Virus record (IMG/VR): IMGVR_UViG_3300037466_003065 | Span: 32,001 to 96,000 of that record | Length of the DNA: 64,000 nt | DNA from: a virus | Direction: 5' to 3' (one strand) | Shown: piece after piece, positions 10,030-18,271 of the stretch | How the letters are laid out: each line of letters starts with the position of its first letter | Numbering within the stretch: the stretch's first letter is position 1 | The notes under the pieces: generated by a model | What the model was told of the DNA's origin: nothing | Seen by the model: only the letters and a program-made list of their open reading frames with translations | Database searches by the model: none | Translations under genes and position numbers: made by a program

Positions 10030-10864
10030 CGCTCTGCTCGAGCTCGGCCCGCATGTCGGGGTCGTCGGTGAACCGCACCTTGAGCTGGTTGAGGATGCTG
10101 CTGTGCATCTGGCTGACGCGGGACTCGGACAGGTCGAGGGCGGCGCCGATCTCCTTCATGGTCAGGTTCTCGCAGTAGTACAGCGAGACGATCATCCGCT
10201 CGGCGCGGTTACTGCCCCGCAGGATCCGATCCCAGAAGTCTCGCTGCATGACCCGCTCGAGGGAGCGGGGCGCCTGCTTGTCCTCCAGGACGTCGATCTC
10301 GCGGACGTCCTTGTTGGAGTCGGTCTCGAACCACTTGCGGGAGAGGGACACCTTGCCGGTCACGAGGGCGTCGCGGGCCATCCGCTCGGCCTCCTTCACC
10401 GGCACCTGCATGTGCCTGGACAGCTCCTCGATCGTCGGCACCTGGCCGCTCTCGGCCTCGAGCGCCTTGACCGCCGCGTCGACCTTGGCCGCCCGGGCGC
10501 GGACGAGGCGGGGAACCCAGTCCATGTTCCGCAGCTCGTCGAGGATCGAGCCGCGGATCCGCGGGGCACAGTAGGTCTCGAACTTCACCCCGCGGGTCGG
10601 GTCGTACGCGTCGATCGCGTCCATCAGGCCGAACAGGCCGGCCGAGACCAGGTCGTCCAGCTCCACCTCGCTGGGCAGCTTGACGTGGATCCGCTCGGCG
10701 TTGTAGCGAACGATCGGCAGGTAGTTCTCCATCAGGCGATTGCGAAGGTGGCCGGTGGGCACCCGCTTGTAGGTGGCCCACTCCTCCTTCATGCACTTCA
10801 CCACCCTTGAGGCCCCCAGGCCGATCGCCCGGGCCGGGGGTCGCTTGATTGTGTTCGAAACCAT
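9989..10864 (-). CDS. fliA: RNA polymerase sigma factor, FliA/WhiG (sigma-28) family
   Basis: RNRLMENYLPIVRYNAERI, DDLVSAGLFGLMDAIDAYDPTRGVKFETY, RIRGSILDELRNMDWVPR, LYYCENLTMKEIGAALDLSESRVSQMH. Confidence 0.93.
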   Translation of the reverse strand: MVSNTIKRPPARAIGLGASRVVKCMKEEWATYKRVPTGHLRNRLMENYLPIVRYNAERIHVKLPSEVELDDLVSAGLFGLMDAIDAYDPTRGVKFETYCAPRIRGSILDELRNMDWVPRLVRARAAKVDAAVKALEAESGQVPTIEELSRHMQVPVKEAERMARDALVTGKVSLSRKWFETDSNKDVREIDVLEDKQAPRSLERVMQRDFWDRILRGSNRAERMIVSLYYCENLTMKEIGAALDLSESRVSQMHSSILNQLKVRFTDDPDMRAELEQSVSLRLGRRGTATA

Positions 10865-10889
10865 GGTGCTCCTTGAAGGGTCGCTTCCC

Positions 10890-11405
10890 TTACAGGTTGT
10901 TGTCCCAGAGGCCGGTTAGATTCATTTCTTTCATCAGCTCGATCCACCGTGCTGTGGGCGTTTGTTGTCGCCCCATGTTGGCCCATGAGCAGCACAGCAC
11001 GATGTTGTCAAGTACGTACCCCTTTGAGCAGTCGAGCCGGTCTACACTCACCGACTTCGGGTTGGCCCACCGCCCGTGGACGAGCGACATATCCATCCCG
11101 CTCCAGTAGCACTTGCCTGCCTGAGACTCCCAAAGGTGCCGCAGGTCGCCCTGCTTGATGGTGAAGGGCCACCCTCTTTTGCGGCACGTCTTCTTGATGT
11201 TCTTGCAGGTAGTCGCGAAGGGGTGCTTCTCGTGGTACTCCTTCGAGTAATCCCGGTAGTGCTTAGGCTTGTTTTGGCGGCAACGCTTGCCCGCCTCCGA
11301 AGTGCAGGCACGACACCATGAGGCCCGACCCAGCTTTGCTTTCTTATTGAGTGCAAAGAGGATCAGCTCCTTGTCGTGCCCACACTTCGGACACCTCTTC
11401 TTCAC
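10890..11405 (-). CDS. HNH-type homing endonuclease-like protein with N-terminal Zn finger
   Basis: CPKC...CRAC N-terminus and KCYWSG...SVDRLDCSKGYVLDNIVLCCSWAN. GTGA overlap with the thyX stop. Confidence 0.8.
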   Translation of the reverse strand: MKKRCPKCGHDKELILFALNKKAKLGRASWCRACTSEAGKRCRQNKPKHYRDYSKEYHEKHPFATTCKNIKKTCRKRGWPFTIKQGDLRHLWESQAGKCYWSGMDMSLVHGRWANPKSVSVDRLDCSKGYVLDNIVLCCSWANMGRQQTPTARWIELMKEMNLTGLWDNNL

Positions 11406-12256
11406 AGGCCATTCTCCTGTTCGTATCGCTCGAGAAGGGCCTTGAGGTCACAGCGTCGGCGTTCGCCAGGAAAATGCTTACGGTAGGATTTCCAACCGAT
11501 GAAGTTCCCCGAGCGGCCCGGTTCGGCGACCGCGGGGTGCTCGAACGGCGACCAGTGGCCATCGGTAGCCAGGTCGTCGTGCATCGCGTAGTCCTTCTCC
11601 ACACTGATCTCCCCCTCGTGGTTGAGGTAGGAGACGCGGGCGCACCGGGCGGCGGACACCTTGCGGATCTGCTCGACGGTCAGGCCGGCGGGCATGCGAT
11701 CCATGTAGGGCAGGTGCCAGTCGCCCCAGTAGAGCTGCTTGGGGTCGGACGCGACGTACGCCTTGAGGGCGAGGTAGGCCAGCCACTGGAACTCGGGCTG
11801 GGCCGCCCTGTGCACGCGGAGGGCGAAGAAGTTCTCCCACTCCGTCGCCGACACGAGGACGGTCATCCACGCGAACGGCTCGAGGACGCGGTTGGCGATC
11901 TGCTTGTGACAGCCGATGTTTTCCAGCGTCGTCGCGTACTCGGCAGCCACCCTTGACGCGGTGAACCAGTCCGCCTGGGCCATCGCCGTCCGATGGTCGT
12001 CGAGCACGCCGTGATCTTGCATGCCCTTGCCGTTCGAGCCCCAACGGATCGGGCCGGCCGGGTTTTCCCGCACAGCCTTGATCATCTTCGCGATGGGGAT
12101 CGCGCGGCTGCTGGCGGCGTTACGGGAGAAGTCCCGGTGGGTCATCAGTTCGCTGTGAATGAAGCGGGGGTACTTCAGCTCCATCGTCGTCAGGCGGTTA
12201 CCGTCCGGGTTGACGGAGTCCGCGATGACCCTCGCGCTGAACAGTTCCTTCTTCAC
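11402..12256 (-). CDS. thyX: Flavin-dependent thymidylate synthase
   Basis: GTG at 12256 (GTGA overlap). ThyX motif ELMTHRDFSRNAASSRAIP, plus SAARCARVSY and HWSPFEHPA. The track ORF 11402..13294 is over-extended. Confidence 0.92.
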   Translation of the reverse strand: MKKELFSARVIADSVNPDGNRLTTMELKYPRFIHSELMTHRDFSRNAASSRAIPIAKMIKAVRENPAGPIRWGSNGKGMQDHGVLDDHRTAMAQADWFTASRVAAEYATTLENIGCHKQIANRVLEPFAWMTVLVSATEWENFFALRVHRAAQPEFQWLAYLALKAYVASDPKQLYWGDWHLPYMDRMPAGLTVEQIRKVSAARCARVSYLNHEGEISVEKDYAMHDDLATDGHWSPFEHPAVAEPGRSGNFIGWKSYRKHFPGERRRCDLKALLERYEQENGL

Positions 12257-13446
12257 GCCGTCACCTCCGTCATCTTCCGCACCGACCACTCGCGGATGTC
12301 GTTGGTCACCACCGCCCACATCCCGTGGTCGCGGCGGATCCCCAGGAACGCCTTGAACAGCGACTCCATGGCCTTGGTGAGGTTGGCGAGGGAGGCGATG
12401 CGGGCGTCGATCACGGCCCGCTCGGTCTCCGCGTTGTCGACGGCCGGGAGCCGCACGCCGCTGTACTTGAACAGCTCGGGGTCGAACGTGAACTCGAACT
12501 GCTCGCCGTCGACGTGGACGGCCAGGTACGCCTTGCGGGGCACCTTGCCGCGGGTCAGGGCCTGGCGGGCCTCCGGCGACTTGGACGGGCCGGCGCCGCG
12601 GGCCGCGGTGCGACCGCCCTGGCCGTACGAGCACTCCAGCTCCAGCACCTTGTCGAACATGAAGGTGAGCTCGGTCTTGCGGCCGCCCGGCAGGTTGATC
12701 TTGACCTCGCCGTCGTGCGCGTCGGCGACGTACCAGAGCCAGACGAGGAACTCGTTCCCGAGGAACGCCTTGGGGTACGCGTTGCGGGCGACCCACGGGT
12801 ACTCGGGGCTGGTCTTCTCGTCGCCGGACGGGTTGTCGGCGAACGCGGTCGGGCGCAGGTCTTCGTACGTCGTGGTCGGCAGGTACGCCTGGGCGATCGA
12901 GCTGGCGTTGACGGGCTGCAGCTCGGCCTTGGTCGTCCGCTCGAAGATCTCGGCCAGCTTCTCGAACGTGGCGCCGGAGGCCGGGGAGTAGAGCGAGCCG
13001 TTGGCCAGATCCCAGAGCACCTCGGTGATCTTGCTCCGGCGGTGCTTGCCCGTCCGAAGGTCCTCGTCGGCCTTCCGCTCGACGGTCTCCCTGACCTCCT
13101 TCTTCTGCAGCTTCGAGAGGAAGCCGCTCGGATTCTGCTTGGCGAGGATCTCGGACTCGATCTCCTTCCACGCCTTCTTCAGCTCCGTGGGCACCTTGTT
13201 GCGGTCGACCTGGAGGCCGAACAGCATCGCCTCGTTGAAGACGTTGCTGCCGAACGTGAACTCCTTGTCGAGGACGTGGCGGCCGCCGCCCCACCCGTAC
13301 TCGATCTCCTCGACCCCGCCGCCCAGCTCGGCCGGCTGCAGGACGTGCTCGTGGAACTGGGCGACCAGTTCCTCGGTCGGCGTGGCGGGCACCGTGCCCA
13401 GCGTCGTGTACCGACGAAACGCAATTGACCCTGTCTTGAAACCCAT
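12253..13446 (-). CDS. rdgC: RdgC-like recombination-associated protein
   Basis: MGFKTGSIAFRRY start. EIEYGW, FGLQVDRNKVP, FLGNEFLVWLWY resemble the RdgC family. RBS AGGAG. Confidence 0.7.
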   Translation of the reverse strand: MGFKTGSIAFRRYTTLGTVPATPTEELVAQFHEHVLQPAELGGGVEEIEYGWGGGRHVLDKEFTFGSNVFNEAMLFGLQVDRNKVPTELKKAWKEIESEILAKQNPSGFLSKLQKKEVRETVERKADEDLRTGKHRRSKITEVLWDLANGSLYSPASGATFEKLAEIFERTTKAELQPVNASSIAQAYLPTTTYEDLRPTAFADNPSGDEKTSPEYPWVARNAYPKAFLGNEFLVWLWYVADAHDGEVKINLPGGRKTELTFMFDKVLELECSYGQGGRTAARGAGPSKSPEARQALTRGKVPRKAYLAVHVDGEQFEFTFDPELFKYSGVRLPAVDNAETERAVIDARIASLANLTKAMESLFKAFLGIRRDHGMWAVVTNDIREWSVRKMTEVTA

Positions 13447-13469
13447 GCGTGATGCTCCTTGAAATGGGG

Positions 13470-13961
13470 TTAGTGGTTGATGATGACGTCGAGCGCGAGC
13501 TCGGCGGGAATGACGTTGTCGAAGCCCTCGTCGTCGATGACGGGCTGCCACAGCTTCTCGTGGGCCCGGGCGACGCCCAGCCAGTAGTCGAAGTCCTTCC
13601 CGCGGGCGTCGCTGGTCGTGCGGCGGCCGGCGTGTATCTCCGGCTTCTCGCGGGGGAACTCGACGGCGATCGCGGGGACGTCGATCGACCGGGCCAGCTC
13701 GACGTAGCGGCGGCGGGTCGACCGGCAGTGGAGCGGGCGGTCGACGACGACGTCGAAGCCGGTGGCCAGGCCGGGCAGGAGGACGGCGTTCTCCACGCCC
13801 TTGTAGATGTGCTTGGCCCGCTCCTCGTACAGGCCGTACTGGCCGGCGTGCAGCGAGAGGACGAAGTCGTCGTCGTTGATGATCAGGGCCCCGTTCTGGG
13901 CGAGCTGCCGGGCGAGTGTGGACTTCCCGGAGGCGATGGGGCCGACGAGTAAGATGAGCAT
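13470..13961 (-). CDS. P-loop kinase (AAA_33/polynucleotide-kinase-like)
   Basis: Walker A GPIASGKS, IINDDD, VVVDRPLH. Confidence 0.8.
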   Translation of the reverse strand: MLILLVGPIASGKSTLARQLAQNGALIINDDDFVLSLHAGQYGLYEERAKHIYKGVENAVLLPGLATGFDVVVDRPLHCRSTRRRYVELARSIDVPAIAVEFPREKPEIHAGRRTTSDARGKDFDYWLGVARAHEKLWQPVIDDEGFDNVIPAELALDVIINH

Positions 13962-13978
13962 GTGGTTACGTCTTTCCT

Positions 13979-14293
13979 TTAGGTCGGGAGGCGTTGGGTG
14001 CCGGACAGCATGGCCTTGGCCCGCATCTGGCGGGCGATGGAGACCGCGTTCACGACGCCGGTGTTGTGCTGGTTCAGTGTGTCGGCCTCGACGGCGCGGA
14101 TGTACCCCTCGAGCGCGTGCGTGGCGTACTGATCCTTCATGTTGAGGACGAAGAACTGTTCGTCGGGGGCGTGCTTCGCGGCCTTCTCGGCCGCGATCTT
14201 GCCGATCAGCTCGGCGAGCTGGCTCCGCTCCTGCGGGGTCAGGTACCGGCTCAAGTCCGACGCCTTGATCACGGTGTACTTGCTACTGGACAT
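13979..14293 (-). CDS. Hypothetical protein (104 aa)
   Basis: In operon, overlaps the recD2 stop. YTVIKxxD...FFVLNMKDQYA is typical of small phage proteins. Confidence 0.7.
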   Translation of the reverse strand: MSSSKYTVIKASDLSRYLTPQERSQLAELIGKIAAEKAAKHAPDEQFFVLNMKDQYATHALEGYIRAVEADTLNQHNTGVVNAVSIARQMRAKAMLSGTQRLPT

Positions 14294-16589
14294 TGGTGAT
14301 GGCTCCTGTCTGGGTGAGTGCCTTGTGGGCCTCGCGGAGCTTCTCGGCGAGGCGGGTGTTCCGTTGGGCGACCTTGTTGTTGCGGATCGCCATCTCGAGC
14401 GCGTTGGGGTGTGCGATCAGGTGGGCGTGCCTCTTGCCGCGGGTCAGGCCGGTGTAGACCAGGTTCCGCTGCAGGAGCGTGAAGTGGCTCGTGTGCAGTA
14501 CCATGATCAGGAGCGGCGCCTCGGAGCCCTGCACCTTGTGGATCGTGCTGGCGTACGCGAGGATCAGGTTCGACCACTCGTCACCGTTCTCGAACTTGAC
14601 GATGCGGCCGTCGAAGTCGACGTGGATGCCGGACAAGTCCTTGCCGTTGATCCCGAACTCGATGTCGGTGATCACGCCCATGTCGCCGTTCGACAGGTTC
14701 AGCTTGAGGCTGTTGGCCGTGTGCATGACCTTGTCGCCGACGCCCCACCGGATGCCGGGGCCCCGCATGACCGACTTGGGCGGGTTCGGGTTCAGGGCCT
14801 CCTGCAACTTCGCGTTCAGCATGTCGACGCCGCACGCGTTCTTCCGCTGGGGGCTGAGCACCATCACGTCGCGGATCGGGTCGAACCCCAGCCGCTGGGC
14901 CATGAACGTCGCCGCCCAGACGGCCATCTGCGTCTGCTGCTCGGCGTCGGTGATCAGGGACGCGAACATGTCCGTGCCCTGCGGGATGCCGGTCTGCCGG
15001 CTCAGGATGTTCAGCTTGGGCATCTCGCCGCGGTTGATCGCGTGGGCGGCGACGCAGATGTCGCTCCCCTGTGCCTGGCGGAAGATGTGGGTCAGGACGG
15101 TCGTGCCGACCACGCCGGACGCGATCAGGTCGCGGAGCACGGCGCCGGGGCCGACGCTCGGGAGCTGGTCGCGGTCGCCGATGACGACCAGGATCGTCTC
15201 GTCGGTGCAGAACCGGAGGAACCAGTCCATCAGCTTGATGTCGACCATCGACGACTCGTCGAGGAACACCACGCTGTGCCCGAACGTGTTGGCTCCCGGG
15301 TCGGCGTCGTACTCGACGTCGTTCGCGGCCTCCCGCTGATCCTTGCCCAACTGGAACAGCTTGCGGTGCATCGTCGACGCTTCGAGGCCGATCACCTGCC
15401 CCATCCGCTTGGCCGCCCGCCCGGTCGGGGCGAGGAGGGTGACGCCGAGGCCCGACTTCAGCCAGCCGTTCACGACGGCCTTGGTGATCGTCGTCTTGCC
15501 GGTGCCGGGGCCGCCGGTCAGGACGGACACTCGGTTAGCCAGACAGCGGAGTACGGCCTCCATCTGGGTGGGGTGGAGCTCGACGCCGGCCGCCTTCTTG
15601 GCCGCGCCGATGATCTCGGCGATCCGGTCTCGGTCGCGGGGTGGCGTCTTCATCGAGGCCATCCGGGCGAGCCGGCGGGCGACGCGGTTCTCGCAGGCGA
15701 GGATGTCGGGCAGGTACACCCGATCCTCCTCGACGACCAGGATCTGCTTGTCGATCGCCTGCTGGACGACCTGGGTGACCATCTGGTGGGTCACCTGCGG
15801 CGTGATCGTCTGCAGGAACTCCGTGGTCAGGTTGATCAGCTCGATGCGGGGGAGGAAGCAGTGCCCCTCGTTCTGCATCTTCTCTTCGAGGATGTGCTCG
15901 CACGCCGCGCGGAGCCGGAGGTCGGACATCTCGACGACGCCCAGGTGGCGGGCGATCTCGTCGGCCTTCTTGAAGCCGATGCCGGCGATGTCGCGGGCGA
16001 GCTTGTACGGGTCGGCCTTGATCGTGTCGATCGCGGCGTCCTCGTACTTCTTGTAGATCTTGTTCAGGAAGACGGTCGAGATCCCGGCCGTCGTGCAGAA
16101 CATCAGGAGCTTGCGGTATTCCTGCTTGGCCTGCCACTCCTTCAGGATGGACTTGTACCGGTCGGCGCCGATGCCCTTGACCTCGAGCAGTCGCTCGGGG
16201 TTGTTGTCGATGACCTTGATCGTGTCCTCGCCGAACATCTCGACGATCCGGCGGGCGTTCTTCGGGCCGATGTTCTTGACGTTCTCCTCCAAGAACTTGG
16301 CGATCTCCACCGTCCCCCGCGGTTCCAGCCGCTGGATCGTGTCGATCTGGATCTGGAGGCCGAAGGACGAGTTCTTGACCTTGCCGGCGACCTTCACCCG
16401 CTCTCCCACCTTGGACTCGGCACAGGGGCCGACGATCGTGCAGATGCCCTTGCGGTTCACGAACGGCCAGTCGCCGTACTGCTTGAGATCGACCTTCAGG
16501 CGGCGGACGCCCCAGCCCGACTCGGGCTTGTCGCACGTGACCGTCTCGATCACGCCCTCGATCTCTACCATGTTTCCGGTGTTATTCAT
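14283..16589 (-). CDS. recD2: ATP-dependent RecD2-like SF1B helicase
   Basis: N-terminal OB and HhH region (GIGFKKADEIA), Walker A LTGGPGTGKTT, LAPTGRAAKRM, DESSMVD, GDRDQLPSVGPG, LAYASTIHKVQGSE, RNLVYTGLTRGK. Confidence 0.95.
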   Translation of the reverse strand: MNNTGNMVEIEGVIETVTCDKPESGWGVRRLKVDLKQYGDWPFVNRKGICTIVGPCAESKVGERVKVAGKVKNSSFGLQIQIDTIQRLEPRGTVEIAKFLEENVKNIGPKNARRIVEMFGEDTIKVIDNNPERLLEVKGIGADRYKSILKEWQAKQEYRKLLMFCTTAGISTVFLNKIYKKYEDAAIDTIKADPYKLARDIAGIGFKKADEIARHLGVVEMSDLRLRAACEHILEEKMQNEGHCFLPRIELINLTTEFLQTITPQVTHQMVTQVVQQAIDKQILVVEEDRVYLPDILACENRVARRLARMASMKTPPRDRDRIAEIIGAAKKAAGVELHPTQMEAVLRCLANRVSVLTGGPGTGKTTITKAVVNGWLKSGLGVTLLAPTGRAAKRMGQVIGLEASTMHRKLFQLGKDQREAANDVEYDADPGANTFGHSVVFLDESSMVDIKLMDWFLRFCTDETILVVIGDRDQLPSVGPGAVLRDLIASGVVGTTVLTHIFRQAQGSDICVAAHAINRGEMPKLNILSRQTGIPQGTDMFASLITDAEQQTQMAVWAATFMAQRLGFDPIRDVMVLSPQRKNACGVDMLNAKLQEALNPNPPKSVMRGPGIRWGVGDKVMHTANSLKLNLSNGDMGVITDIEFGINGKDLSGIHVDFDGRIVKFENGDEWSNLILAYASTIHKVQGSEAPLLIMVLHTSHFTLLQRNLVYTGLTRGKRHAHLIAHPNALEMAIRNNKVAQRNTRLAEKLREAHKALTQTGAITNVQ

Positions 16590-16599
16590 GCGGGGATTA
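16583..16599. promoter_or_regulatory. TAATC-N7-GATTA operator-like site (1 mismatch) covering the recD2 start codon
   Basis: TATTC-atgcggg-GATTA. Confidence 0.55.
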
Positions 16600-16625
16600 C
16601 TGGGAGAGGCCCAGTTGTGCAGTGG

Positions 16626-16654
16626 AGTGTAATCCCTTGGGGATTATTTCGCAA
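16626..16654 (-). promoter_or_regulatory. Sigma-70-like promoter for recD2 with a palindromic operator (16630-16646) in the spacer
   Basis: Minus strand TTGCGA-N17-TACACT. Contains TAATCCC-TTG-GGGATTA. Confidence 0.7.
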
Positions 16655-16684
16655 GGGATGGGAAAGAAAATTTTGTATTCCCCC

Positions 16685-16714
16685 AAAGAAAACGGCCCGG
16701 CACACGCCGGGCCG
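16685..16714 (-). terminator. Rho-independent terminator
   Basis: 9-bp stem CGGCCCGGC/GCCGGGCCG with 4-nt loop, then TTTTCTTT on the minus strand, just after the metallophosphoesterase gene. Confidence 0.75.
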
Positions 16715-16741
16715 CCCACCGCGACCGCGATCGCGGCCCGC

Positions 16742-18133
16742 TTACGCGGTCACGTTGTGTACTAGCATCCCGGCGAACCCGCCCTCTTCCCACAGGTACG
16801 CCTCGGCCGAGCGGGGGCCGTCCGTGTAGCCGTTCTGGGCGTGCCAGGCGTCGGCGGGACAGAGCGACGGGAGGACTCGAACGTGCACGCCGTGGTCGAC
16901 GTGGAGCGTGGTGTCGCCGCGCATCTTCTTGCTCTTGAAGATCGTGTGCTTCCGCGTGTGCAGGTGCCCCAGGTGCAGCTCGCGGTGGGTCGCGCGGGCG
17001 AACGACAGGGGTGCCGCGTTCGCGAAGAACATGGGCAGGTCGGCCGGCGACATCTTGTCCCCGTGCAGGAAGCCGACCAGCGTTTGGCCGTACTCGACCC
17101 ACTTGAAGAGGTTGGGGCGGTTGTCCACCCGAACGTCCTTGCAGCGATGGAAGCGGGCCTCGACGACGTCGCCCAGGTAGAAGGTGCGTTCGTAGTCGTG
17201 GTTGCCGGGGACGATCAGGGCCTCGACGGGCGCCACTCCGCGGCACATCTCGATCGCCCGGATGACGGCCTGCGTGGCCACCCGGAACGACTTCTGCCAC
17301 CGGCCGTCCACGTCCTGCGGCGTGCCCGCCGCGGTCGCGTTCTCCTTGCCGTCCGTGTGGAGCAGGTCGTTGCCCACGGGGAGCAGGATCTTGGAGACGT
17401 GGTAGGGCTGGAGCTTGGTGAGCATGTCCTCGACGGCCTTGAGGTAGGCGCTCTCGGTGATCTTCAGATCCCAGTTGTCGCCCCCGGTCTCCTCGGCCCA
17501 GCACAGCTTTCCGAAGTGGGGGTCGGGGATCGACAGTTCGGCCATGATCCCGCCCAGCGAGGGTCGGCGGCGAACGGGTTTGTAGGTTGGGCTGTTCCGC
17601 CGCATGTCGGCGACCAGATCCTCCCGGAGCTGGTTGTTCAGGGCGATCTCCGGCGACTTCCGCTTCAGGTTGGCCTTGACCTGGAAGAGCTGGACGGCGG
17701 CGAGCTGCCGCTCGTACCGGGTGTCACTGACCTTCTCGGACGACACGCGGGCGAAGCCGTCCCACTTGTTGACCTTGTACTCCGCGACCTCCCAGACGTT
17801 CAGGTCGACCTTCATGTAGGCGAGCAGGTCTTCGAGCGTGCGGATCGTATCGGTGATCGCCGAGACGCACCGGACATCCCCCTTCACGTGATCCTCGTAC
17901 TGGTTCTTGCCGTCCTTGGGTGTCGCGTCGGCCCTGACCCCCTCGCCCCCGACCTTCCCCTGGCCCCTGCTGCGACGCTCCTTCTTGAGCTCCAGGTGCC
18001 GGTTGCGGCACGCGTCCTTGGTGATCCCGAGCTGCCTGGCGATGTGTGAATAGGTGAACCCGTTCGCCCGTCCTTCGACGATTGCCCGATCCATCTCGGG
18101 CGTGTACTTCGACGGTTTCGATCCTGATGCCAT
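16742..18133 (-). CDS. Calcineurin-like metallophosphoesterase with N-terminal HTH
   Basis: DPHFGK, GNDLLH, PGNHD, HGD, GHLH motifs. N-terminal YSHIARQLGITKDACRNR helix-turn-helix. Confidence 0.85.
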   Translation of the reverse strand: MASGSKPSKYTPEMDRAIVEGRANGFTYSHIARQLGITKDACRNRHLELKKERRSRGQGKVGGEGVRADATPKDGKNQYEDHVKGDVRCVSAITDTIRTLEDLLAYMKVDLNVWEVAEYKVNKWDGFARVSSEKVSDTRYERQLAAVQLFQVKANLKRKSPEIALNNQLREDLVADMRRNSPTYKPVRRRPSLGGIMAELSIPDPHFGKLCWAEETGGDNWDLKITESAYLKAVEDMLTKLQPYHVSKILLPVGNDLLHTDGKENATAAGTPQDVDGRWQKSFRVATQAVIRAIEMCRGVAPVEALIVPGNHDYERTFYLGDVVEARFHRCKDVRVDNRPNLFKWVEYGQTLVGFLHGDKMSPADLPMFFANAAPLSFARATHRELHLGHLHTRKHTIFKSKKMRGDTTLHVDHGVHVRVLPSLCPADAWHAQNGYTDGPRSAEAYLWEEGGFAGMLVHNVTA

Positions 18134-18211
18134 AGTGCAAACCCTTGGTGAGACTACTTCCCCTTGTGTTTGGATTTAGATGTGATCGGCAATATTTGCC
18201 CTGTAATCCCC

Positions 18212-18243
18212 AAAAGAAAACAGCCCCGGCTTGTGGCCGGGGC
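18212..18243 (-). terminator. Rho-independent terminator after nrdJ
   Basis: 8-bp stem GCCCCGGC/GCCGGGGC, then TTTTCTTTT on the minus strand. Confidence 0.75.
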
Positions 18244-18271
18244 CGTTCTGTAATGTGGGATGGATCAGAAC

